NCBI GenBank assembly: GCA_964057225.1
Contig: OZ059898.1
Location: forward strand, 930,001 to 994,000
Direction: 5' to 3'
From: Auanema rhodensis
Taxonomy: Eukaryota > Animalia > Nematoda
Length of the DNA: 64,000 bases
Positions 1-11,300 of the stretch are shown piece after piece. The notes beneath the pieces were generated by a model. It saw only the letters and a list, made by a program, of their open reading frames with translations. It did not search any database and had not been told where the DNA came from. The position numbers and the translations under genes are program-made. The stretch's first letter is position 1. The number at the start of each line of letters is the position of its first letter.

Positions 1-83
1 ACACTAATGCATCATTTTTCAAACGATCATAACTAATTTTTGTATTAAGCGTTTCTCAATGTCGTATAGTGCATTCGATGCGG

Positions 84-134
84 ATTTTTAAGCTGCGTCG
101 ATCTGTGTTATCAGATTTGCGCTAGCTTAAAAAT
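84..134. other. Intra-monomer imperfect inverted repeat / long hairpin (present in every full-length unit)
   Basis: ATTTTTAAGCT (84-94) is the exact reverse complement of AGCTTAAAAAT (124-134). Inner pairings are GCG 95-97 with CGC 120-122 and ATCTG 101-105 with CAGAT 112-116, leaving a 6-nt loop at 106-111. Confidence 0.9.
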
Positions 135-151
135 ACACCGAGATATCAACT

Positions 152-173
152 GATATAAGTTCACACTTATATC
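152..173. other. Intra-monomer perfect 9-bp inverted repeat with 4-nt loop
   Basis: GATATAAGT-TCAC-ACTTATATC. Confidence 0.92.
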
Positions 174-247
174 CTCGATTTTCACCCTGAAGAATTAATT
201 TTTTTGTTGAATAACATTGTCCATCGTCTTTGCCTTGAAAAAAGGAA

Positions 248-319
248 TCTAAAAACATCTACTTTTTGCTAAATTATTTTGAAATTTTTCGAAAAAATTT
301 TTGTCAAAATGTTTTTGGA
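248..319. other. Intra-monomer nested A/T-tract dyad centred on TTTTTCGAAAAA
   Basis: 12-bp palindrome at 285-296; ATTTTGA 276-282 pairs with TCAAAAT 304-310; AAAAACAT 251-258 pairs with ATGTTTTT 309-316 (the two outer pairings overlap). Low complexity inflates the chance of such matches. Confidence 0.65.
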
Positions 320-323
320 AGCA

Positions 324-351
324 ATGTTGAGTGTACATGGAAACTCAACAT
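324..351. other. Intra-monomer perfect 9-bp inverted repeat with 10-nt loop
   Basis: ATGTTGAGT-GTACATGGAA-ACTCAACAT. Confidence 0.92.
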
Positions 352-3300
352 ACACTAATGCATCATTTTTCAAACGATCATAACTAATTTTTGTATTAAG
401 CGTTTCTCAATGTCGTATAGTGCATTCGATGCGGATTTTTAAGCTATCCTCGATTTTCACCCTGAAGAATTAATTTTTTCGTTGAATAACATTGTCCATC
501 GTCTTCGCCTTGAAAAAAGGAATCTAAAAACATCTACTTTTTGCTAAATTATTTCGAAATTTTTCGAAAAAATTTTTGTCAAAATGTTTTTGGAAGCAAT
601 GTTGAGTGTACATAGAAACTCAACATACACTAATGCATCATTTTTCAAACGATCATAACTAATTTTTGTATTAAGCGTTTCTCAATGTCGTATAGTGCAT
701 TCGATGCGGATTTTTAAGCTATCCTCGATTTTCACCCTGAAGAATTAATTTTTTCGTTGAATAACATTGTCCATCGTCTTTGCCTTGAAAAAAGGAATCT
801 AAAAACATGTACTTTTTGCTAAATTATTTTGAAATTTTCCGAAAAAATTTTTGTCAAAATGTTTTTGGAAGCAATGTTGAGTGTACATAGAAACTCAACA
901 TACACTAATGCATCATTTTTCAAACGATCATAACTAATTTTTGTATTAAGCGTTTCTCAATGTCGTATAGTGCATTCGATGCGGATTTTTAAGCTATCCT
1001 CGATTTTCACCCTGAAGAATTAATTTTTTCGTTGAATAACATTGTCCATCGTCTTCGCCTTGAAAAAAGGAATCTAAAAACATCTACTTTTTGCTAAATT
1101 ATTTCGAAATTTTTCGAAAAAATTTTTGTCAAAATGTTTTTGGAAGCAATGTTGAGTGTACAAGGAAACTCAACATACACTAATGCATCATTTTTCAAAC
1201 GATCATAACTAATTTTTGTATTAAGCGTTTCTCAATGTAGTATAGTGCATTCGATGCGGATTTTTAAGCTGCGTCGATATGTGTTATCAGATTTGCGCTA
1301 GCTTAAAAATGCACCGAGATATCAACTGATATAAGTTCACACTTATATCCTCGATTTTCACCCTGAAGAATTGATTTTTTCGTTGAATAACATTGTCCAT
1401 CGTCTTTGCCTTGAAAAAAGGAATCTAAAAACATCTACTTTTTGCCAAATTATTTTGAAATTTTTCGAAAAAATTTTTGTCAAAATGTTTTTGGAAGCAA
1501 TGTTGAGTGTACATGGAAACTCAACATACACTAATGCATCATTTTTCAAACGATCATAACTAATTTTTGTATTAAGCGTTTCTCAATGTAGTATAGTGCA
1601 TTCGATGCGGATTTTTAAGCTATCCTCGATTTTCACCCTGAAGAATTAATTTTTTCGTTGAATAACATTGTCCATCGTCTTTGCCTTGAAAAAAGGAATC
1701 TAAAAACATGTACTTTTTGCTAAATTATTTTGAAATTTTCCGAAAAAATTTTTGTCAAAATGTTTTTGGAAGCAATGTTGAGTGTACATAGAAACTCAAC
1801 ATACACTAATGCATCATTTTTCAAACGATCATAACTAATTTTTGTATTAAGCGTTTCTCAATGTCGTATAGTGCATTCGATGCGGATTTTTAAGCTATCC
1901 TCGATTTTCACCCTGAAGAATTAATTTTTTCGTTGAATAACATTGTCCATCGTCTTCGCCTTGAAAAAAGGAATCTAAAAACATCTACTTTTTGCTAAAT
2001 TATTTCGAAATTTTTCGAAAAAATTTTTGTCAAAATGTTTTTGGAAGCAATGTTGAGTGTACATGGAAACTCAACATACACTAATGCATCATTTTTCAAA
2101 CGATCATAACTAATTTTTGTATTAAGCGTTTCTCAATGTCGTATAGTGCATTCGATGCGGATTTTTAAGCTATCCTCGATTTTCACCCTGAAGAATTAAT
2201 TTTTTCGTTGAATAACATTGTCCATCGTCTTCGCCTTGAAAAAAGGAATCTAAAAACATCTACTTTTTGCTAAATTATTTCGAAATTTTTCGAAAAAATT
2301 TTTGTCAAAATGTTTTTGGAAGCAATGTTGAGTGTACATAGAAACTCAACATACACTAATGCATCATTTTTCAAACGATCATAACTAATTTTTGTATTAA
2401 GCGTTTCTCAATGTCGTATAGTGCATTCGATGCGGATTTTTAAGCTATCCTCGATTTTCACCCTGAAGAATTAATTTTTTCGTTGAATAACATTGTCCAT
2501 CGTCTTTGCCTTGAAAAAAGGAATCTAAAAACATGTACTTTTTGCTAAATTATTTTGAAATTTTCCGAAAAAATTTTTGTCAAAATGTTTTTGGAAGCAA
2601 TGTTGAGTGTACATAGAAACTCAACATACACTAATGCATCATTTTTCAAACGATCATAACTAATTTTTGTATTAAGCGTTTCTCAATGTCGTATAGTGCA
2701 TTCGATGCGGATTTTTAAGCTATCCTCGATTTTCACCCTGAAGAATTAATTTTTTCGTTGAATAACATTGTCCATCGTCTTCGCCTTGAAAAAAGGAATC
2801 TAAAAACATCTACTTTTTGCTAAATTATTTCGAAATTTTTCGAAAAAATTTTTGTCAAAATGTTTTTGGAAGCAATGTTGAGTGTACAAGGAAACTCAAC
2901 ATACACTAATGCATCATTTTTCAAACGATCATAACTAATTTTTGTATTAAGCGTTTCTCAATGTAGTATAGTGCATTCGATGCGGATTTTTAAGCTGCGT
3001 CGATATGTGTTATCAGATTTGCGCTAGCTTAAAAATGCACCGAGATATCAACTGATATAAGTTCACACTTATATCCTCGATTTTCACCCTGAAGAATTGA
3101 TTTTTTCGTTGAATAACATTGTCCATCGTCTTTGCCTTGAAAAAAGGAATCTAAAAACATCTACTTTTTGCCAAATTATTTTGAAATTTTTCGAAAAAAT
3201 TTTTGTCAAAATGTTTTTGGAAGCAATGTTGAGTGTACATGGAAACTCAACATACACTAATGCATCATTTTTCAAACGATCATAACTAATTTTTGTATTA

Positions 3301-6300
3301 AGCGTTTCTCAATGTAGTATAGTGCATTCGATGCGGATTTTTAAGCTATCCTCGATTTTCACCCTGAAGAATTAATTTTTTCGTTGAATAACATTGTCCA
3401 TCGTCTTTGCCTTGAAAAAAGGAATCTAAAAACATGTACTTTTTGCTAAATTATTTTGAAATTTTCCGAAAAAATTTTTGTCAAAATGTTTTTGGAAGCA
3501 ATGTTGAGTGTACATAGAAACTCAACATACACTAATGCATCATTTTTCAAACGATCATAACTAATTTTTGTATTAAGCGTTTCTCAATGTCGTATAGTGC
3601 ATTCGATGCGGATTTTTAAGCTATCCTCGATTTTCACCCTGAAGAATTAATTTTTTCGTTGAATAACATTGTCCATCGTCTTCGCCTTGAAAAAAGGAAT
3701 CTAAAAACATCTACTTTTTGCTAAATTATTTCGAAATTTTTCGAAAAAATTTTTGTCAAAATGTTTTTGGAAGCAATGTTGAGTGTACAAGGAAACTCAA
3801 CATACACTAATGCATCATTTTTCAAACGATCATAACTAATTTTTGTATTAAGCGTTTCTCAATGTAGTATAGTGCATTCGATGCGGATTTTTAAGCTGCG
3901 TCGATATGTGTTATCAGATTTGCGCTAGCTTAAAAATGCACCGAGATATCAACTGATATAAGTTCACACTTATATCCTCGATTTTCACCCTGAAGAATTG
4001 ATTTTTTCGTTGAATAACATTGTCCATCGTCTTTGCCTTGAAAAAAGGAATCTAAAAACATCTACTTTTTGCCAAATTATTTTGAAATTTTTCGAAAAAA
4101 TTTTTGTCAAAATGTTTTTGGAAGCAATGTTGAGTGTACATGGAAACTCAACATACACTAATGCATCATTTTTCAAACGATCATAACTAATTTTTGTATT
4201 AAGCGTTTCTCAATGTAGTATAGTGCATTCGATGCGGATTTTTAAGCTGCGTCGATCTGTGTTATCAGATTTGCGCTAGCTTAAAAATGCACCGAGATAT
4301 CAACTGATATAAGTTCACACTTATATCCTCGATTTTCACCCTGAAGAATTAATTTTTTTGTTGAATAACATTGTCCATCGTCTTTGCCTTGAAAAAAGGA
4401 ATCTAAAAACATGTACTTTTTGCTAAATTATTTTGAAATTTTCCGAAAAAATTTTTGTCAAAATGTTTTTGGAAGCAATGTTGAGTGTACATAGAAACTC
4501 AACATACACTAATGCATCATTTTTCAAACGATCATAACTAATTTTTGTATTAAGCGTTTCTCAATGTCGTATAGTGCATTCGATGCGGATTTTTAAGCTG
4601 CGTCGATCTGTGTTATCAGATTTGCGCTAGCTTAAAAATACACCGAGATATCAACTGATATAAGTTCACACTTATATCCTCGATTTTCACCCTGAAGAAT
4701 TAATTTTTTTGTTGAATAACATTGTCCATCGTCTTTGCCTTGAAAAAAGGAATCTAAAAACATCTACTTTTTGCTAAATTATTTTGAAATTTTTCGAAAA
4801 AATTTTTGTCAAAATGTTTTTGGAAGCAATGTTGAGTGTACATGGAAACTCAACATACACTAATGCATCATTTTTCAAACGATCATAACTAATTTTTGTA
4901 TTAAGCGTTTCTCAATGTCGTATAGTGCATTCGATGCGGATTTTTAAGCTATCCTCGATTTTCACCCTGAAGAATTAATTTTTTCGTTGAATAACATTGT
5001 CCATCGTCTTCGCCTTGAAAAAAGGAATCTAAAAACATCTACTTTTTGCTAAATTATTTCGAAATTTTTCGAAAAAATTTTTGTCAAAATGTTTTTGGAA
5101 GCAATGTTGAGTGTACATAGAAACTCAACATACACTAATGCATCATTTTTCAAACGATCATAACTAATTTTTGTATTAAGCGTTTCTCAATGTCGTATAG
5201 TGCATTCGATGCGGATTTTTAAGCTATCCTCGATTTTCACCCTGAAGAATTAATTTTTTCGTTGAATAACATTGTCCATCGTCTTCGCCTTGAAAAAAGG
5301 AATCTAAAAACATCTACTTTTTGCTAAATTATTTCGAAATTTTTCGAAAAAATTTTTGTCAAAATGTTTTTGGAAGCAATGTTGAGTGTACATAGAAACT
5401 CAACATACACTAATGCATCATTTTTCAAACGATCATAACTAATTTTTGTATTAAGCGTTTCTCAATGTCGTATAGTGCATTCGATTCGGATTTTTAAGCT
5501 GCGTCGATCTGTGTTATCAGATTTGCGCTAGCTTAAAAATGTACCGAGATATCAACTGATATAAGTTCACACTTATATCCTCGATTTTCACCCTGAAGAA
5601 TTAATTTTTTCGTTGAATAACATTGTCCATCGTCTTTGCCTTGAAAAAAGGAATCTAAAAACATGTACTTTTTGCTAAATTATTTTGAAATTTTCCGAAA
5701 AAATTTTTGTCAAAATGTTTTTGGAAGCAATGTTGAGTGTACATAGAAACTCAACATACACTAATGCATCATTTTTCAAACGATCATAACTAATTTTTGT
5801 ATTAAGCGTTTCTCAATGTCGTATAGTGCATTCGATGCGGATTTTTAAGCTATCCTCGATTTTCACCCTGAAGAATTAATTTTTTCGTTGAATAACATTG
5901 TCCATCGTCTTCGCCTTGAAAAAAGGAATCTAAAAACATCTACTTTTTGCTAAATTATTTCGAAATTTTTCGAAAAAATTTTTGTCAAAATGTTTTTGGA
6001 AGCAATGTTGAGTGTACAAGGAAACTCAACATACACTAATGCATCATTTTTCAAACGATCATAACTAATTTTTGTATTAAGCGTTTCTCAATGTAGTATA
6101 GTGCATTCGATGCGGATTTTTAAGCTGCGTCGATATGTGTTATCAGATTTGCGCTAGCTTAAAAATGCACCGAGATATCAACTGATATAAGTTCACACTT
6201 ATATCCTCGATTTTCACCCTGAAGAATTGATTTTTTCGTTGAATAACATTGTCCATCGTCTTTGCCTTGAAAAAAGGAATCTAAAAACATCTACTTTTTG

Positions 6301-6383
6301 CCAAATTATTTTGAAATTTTTCGAAAAAATTTTTGTCAAAATGTTTTTGGAAGCAATGTTGAGTGTACATGGAAACTCAACAT
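352..6383 (+). repeat. Domain 1: mixed array of 275-bp deletion monomers (13 copies) and 351-bp monomers
   Basis: The junction AAGCT|ATCCTCG occurs in units starting 352, 627, 902, 1528, 1803, 2078, 2353, 2628, 3254, 3529, 4857, 5132 and 5758. Full units start at 1177, 2903, 3804, 4155, 4506, 5407 and 6033. Confidence 0.95.
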
Positions 6384-8344
6384 ACACTAATGCATCATTT
6401 TTCAAACGATCATAACTAATTTTTGTATTAAGCGTTTCTCAATGTAGTATAGTGCATTCGATGCGGATTTTTAAGCTGCGTCGATCTGTGTTATCAGATT
6501 TGCGCTAGCTTAAAAATGCACCGAGATATCAACTGATATAAGTTCACACTTATATCCTCGATTTTCACCCTGAAGAATTAATTTTTTTGTTGAATAACAT
6601 TGTCCATCGTCTTTGCCTTGAAAAAAGGAATCTAAAAACATGTACTTTTTGCTAAATTATTTTGAAATTTTCCGAAAAAAGTTTTGTCAAAATGTTTTTG
6701 GAAGCAATGTTGAGTGTACATAGAAACTCAACATACACTAATGCATCATTTTTCAAACGATCATAACTAATTTTTGTATTAAGCGTTTCTCAATGTCGTA
6801 TAGTGCATTCGATGCGGATTTTTAAGCTGCGTCGATCTGTGTTATCAGATTTGCGCTAGCTTAAAAATACACCGAGATATCAACTGATATAAGTTCACAC
6901 TTATATCCTCGATTTTCACCCTGAAGAATTAATTTTTTTGTTGAATAACATTGTCCATCGTCTTTGCCTTGAAAAAAGGAATCTAAAAACATCTACTTTT
7001 TGCTAAATTATTCTGAAATTTTTCGAAAAAATTTTTGTCAAAATGTTTTTGGAAGCAATGTTGAGTGTACATGGAAACTCAACATACACTAATGCATCAT
7101 TTTTCAAACGATCATAACTAATTTTTGTATTAAGCGTTTCTCAATGTAGTATAGTGCATTCGATGCGGATTTTTAAGCTGCGTCGATCTGTGTTATCAGA
7201 TTTGCGCTAGCTTAAAAATGCACCGAGATATCAACTGATATAAGTTCACACTTATATCCTCGATTTTCACCCTGAAGAATTAATTTTTTTGTTGAATAAC
7301 ATTGTCCATCGTCTTTGCCTTGAAAAAAGGAATCTAAAAACATCTACTTTTTGCTAAATTATTTTGAAAATTTTTCGAAAAAATTTTTGTCAAAATGTTT
7401 TTGGAAGCAATGTTGAGTGTACATGGAAACTCAACATACACTAATGCATCATTTTTCAAACGATCATAACTAATTTTTGTATTAAGCGTTTCTCAATGTC
7501 GTATAGTGCATTCGATGCGGATTTTTAAGCTGCGTCGATCTGTGTTATCAGATTTGCGCTAGCTTAAAAATGCACCGAGATATCAACTGATATAAGTTCA
7601 CACTTATATCCTCGATTTTCACCCTGAAGAATTAATTTTTTCGTTGAATAACATTGTCCATCGTCTTTGCCTTGAAAAAAGGAATCTAAAAACATCTACT
7701 TTTTGCTAAATTATCTTGAAATTTTTCGAAAAAATTTTTGTCAAAATGTTTTTGGAAGCAATGTTGAGTGTACATGGAAACTCAACATACACTAATGCAT
7801 CATTTTTCAAACGATCATAACTAATTTTTGTATTAAGCGTTTCTCAATGTAGTATAGTGCATTCGATGCGGATTTTTAAGCTGCGTCGATCTGTGTTATC
7901 AGATTTGCGCTAGCTTAAAAATGCACCGAGATATCAACTGATATAAGTTCACACTTATATCCTCGATTTTCACCCTGAAGAATTAATTTTTTCGTTGAAT
8001 AACATTGTCCATCGTCTTTGCCTTGAAAAAAGGAATCTAAAAACATCTACTTTTTGCTAAATTATCTTGAAATTTTTCGAAAAAATTTTTGTCAAAATGT
8101 TTTTGGAAGCAATGTTGAGTGTACATGGAAACTCAACATACACTAATGCATCATTTTTCAAACGATCATAACTAATTTTTGTATTAAGCGTTTCTCAATG
8201 TAGTATAGTGCATTCGATGCGGATTTTTAAGCTGCGTCGATCTGTGTTATCAGATTTGCGCTAGCTTAAAAATGCACCGAGATATCAACTGATAAAAGTT
8301 CACACTTATATCCTCGATTTTCACCCTGAAGAATTAATTTTTTT

Positions 8345-11300
8345 GTTGAATAACATTGTCCATCGTCTTTGCCTTGAAAAAAGGAATCTAAAAACATCTA
8401 CTTTTTGCTAAATTATCTTGAAATTTTTCGAAAAAATTTTTGTCAAAATGTTTTTGGAAGCAATGTTGAGTGTACATGGAAACTCAACATACACTAATGC
8501 ATCATTTTTCAAACGATCATAACTAATTTTTGTATTAAGCGTTTCTCAATGTAGTATAGTGCATTCGATGCGGATTTTTAAGCTGCGTCGATCTGTGTTA
8601 TCAGATTTGAGCTAGCTTAAAAATGCACCGAGATATCAACTGATATAAGTTCACACTTATATCCTCGATTTTCACCCTGAAGAATTAATTTTTTTGTTGA
8701 ATAACATCGTCCATCGTCTTTGCCTTGAAAAAAGGAATCTAAAAACATCTACTTTTTGCTAAATTATCTTGAAATTTTTCGAAAAAATTTTTGTCAAAAT
8801 GTTTTTGGAAGCAATGTTGAGTGTACATGGAAACTCAACATACACTAATGCATCATTTTTCAAACGATCATAACTAATTTTTGTATTAAGCGTTTCTCAA
8901 TGTAGTATAGTGCATTCGATGCGGATTTTTAAGCTGCGTCGATCTGTGTTATCAGATTTGCGCTAGCTTAAAAATGCACCGAGATATCAACTGATATAAG
9001 TTCACACTTATATCCTCGATTTTCACCCTGAAGAATTAATTTTTTCGTTGAATAACATTGTCCATCGTCTTTGCCTTGAAAAAAGGAATCTAAAAACATC
9101 TACTTTTTGCTAAATTATCTTGAAATTTTTCGAAAAAATTTTTGTCAAAATGTTTTTGGAAGCAATGTTGAGTGTACATGGAAACTCAACATACACTAAT
9201 GCATCATTTTTCAAACGATCATAACTAATTTTTGTATTAAGCGTTTCTCAATGTAGTATAGTGCATTCGATGCGGATTTTTAAGCTGCGTCGATCTGTGT
9301 TATCAGATTTGCGCTAGCTTAAAAATGCACCGAGATATCAACTGATATAAGTTCACACTTATATCCTCGATTTTCACCCTGAAGAATTAATTTTTTTGTT
9401 GAATAACATTGTCCATCGTCTTTGCCTTGAAAAAAGGAATCTAAAAACATCTACTTTTTGCTAAATTATTTTGAATTTTTTCGAAAAAATTTTTGTCAAA
9501 ATGTTTTTGGAAGCAATGTTGAGTGTACATGGAAACTCAACATACACTAATGCATCATTTTTCAAACGATCATAACTAATTTTTGTAATAAGCGTTTCTC
9601 AATGTCGTATAGTGCATTCGATGCGGATTTTTAAGCTGCGTCGATCTGTGTTATCAGATTTGCGCTAGCTTAAAAATGCACCGAGATATCAACTGATATA
9701 AGTTCACACTTATATCCTCGATTTTCACCCTGAAGAATTAATTTTTTCGTTGAATAACATTGTCCATCGTCTTTGCCTTGAAAAAAGGAATCTAAAAACA
9801 TCTACTTTTTGCTAAATTATCTTGAAATTTTTCGAAAAAATTTTTGTCAAAATGTTTTTGGAAGCAATGTTGAGTGTACATGGAAACTCAACATACACTA
9901 ATGCATCATTTTTCAAACGATCATAACTAATTTTTGTATTAAGCGTTTCTCAATGTCGTATAGTGCATTCGATGCGGATTTTTAAGCTGCGTCGATCTGT
10001 GTTTTCAGATTTGCGCTAGCTTAAAAATGCACCGAGATATCAACTGATATAAGTTCACACTTATATCCTCGATTTTCACCCTGAAGAATTAATTTTTTTG
10101 TTGAATAACATTGTCCATCGTCTTTGCCTTGAAAAAAGGAATCTAAAAACATCTACTTTTTGCTAAATTATTTTGAAATTTTTCGAAAAAATTTTTGTCA
10201 AAATGTTTTTGGAAGCAATGTTGAGTGTACATGGAAACTCAACATACACTAATGCATCATTTTTCAAACGATCATAACTAATTTTTGTATTAAGCGTTTC
10301 TCAATGTCGTATAGTGCATTCGATGCGGATTTTTAAGCTGCGTCGATCTGTGTTATCAGATTTGCGCTAGCTTAAAAATGCACCGAGATATCAACTGATA
10401 TAAGTTCACACTTATATCCTCGATTTTCACCCTGAAGAATTAATTTTTTCGTTGAATAACATTGTCCATCGTCTTTGCCTTGAAAAAAGGAATCTAAAAA
10501 CATCTACTTTTTGCTAAATTATCTTGAAATTTTTCGAAAAAATTTTTGTCAAAATGTTTTTGGAAGCAATGTTGAGTGTACATGGAAACTCAACATACAC
10601 TAATGCATCATTTTTCAAACGATCATAACTAATTTTTGTATTAAGCGTTTCTCAATGTAGTATAGTGCATTCGATGCGGATTTTTAAGCTGCGTCGATCT
10701 GTGTTATTAGATTTGCGCTAGCTTAAAAATGCACCGAGATATCAACTGATATAAGTTCACACTTATATCCTCGATTTTCACCCTGAAGAATTAATTTTTT
10801 TGTTGAATAACATTGTCCATCGTCTTTGCCTTGAAAAAAGGAATCTAAAAACATCTACTTTTTGCTAAATTATTTTGAAATTTTTCGAAAAAATTTTTGT
10901 CAAAATGTTTTTGAAAGCAATGTTGAGTGTACATGGAAACTCAACATACACTAATGCATCATTTTTCAAACGATCATAACTAATTTTTGTATTAAGCGTT
11001 TCTCAATGTAGTATAGTGCATTCGATGCGGATTTTTAAGCTGCGTCGATCTGTGTTATCAGATTTGCGCTAGCTTAAAAATGCACCGAGATATCAACTGA
11101 TATAAGTTCACACTTATATCCTCGATTTTCACCCTGAAGAATCAATTTTTTCGTTGAATAACATTGTCCATCGTCTTTGCCTTGAAAAAAGGAATCTAAA
11201 AACATCTACTTTTTGCTAAATTATCTTGAAATTTTTCGAAAAAATTTTTGTCAAAATGTTTTTGGAAGCAATGTTGAGTGTACATGGAAACTCAACATAC

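Larger units (their letters stand above)
1..351 (+). repeat. Reference full-length monomer (351 bp)
   Basis: The next copy starts at 352. Common dimorphic sites are at positions 63 A/C, 135 G/A, 205 C/T, 231 T/C, 259 C/G, 270 T/C, 278 T/C, 280 T/C, 289 T/C and 338-339 TG/TA/AG. Confidence 0.97.

Noticed and set aside
84-173. Helitron 3' end (hairpin plus CTAG) or intact MITE
   Set aside because: The CTAG at 122-125 lies inside the hairpin arm rather than downstream of a GC-rich hairpin. No TIR/TSD boundaries can be defined within a pure tandem array.
1-351. 5S rRNA, tRNA, snRNA or spliced-leader tandem gene unit
   Set aside because: I could not recognise any conserved RNA gene sequence, pol III boxes or cloverleaf. 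An Infernal/Rfam scan would be the formal test.
1-351. Monomer as an ancient dimer of about 175-bp subunits
   Set aside because: I could not align the two halves by eye beyond A/T tracts, so this is unsupported without a sensitive self-alignment.
476-495. CENP-B box-like TTCGTTGAA
   Set aside because: It matches only the TTCG....A half of the box; the essential CGGG is absent.
1371-6415. Four copies of a 62-aa plus-strand ORF (MIFSLNNIV...)
   Set aside because: It needs both A197G (creating a TTG start) and T270C (TAA>CAA). It overlaps the other ORF antisense and has no coding evidence.
7367-7370. 1-bp A insertions giving 352-bp units (here and near 63830)
   Set aside because: These are homopolymer-length changes, either trivial slippage or sequencing error.
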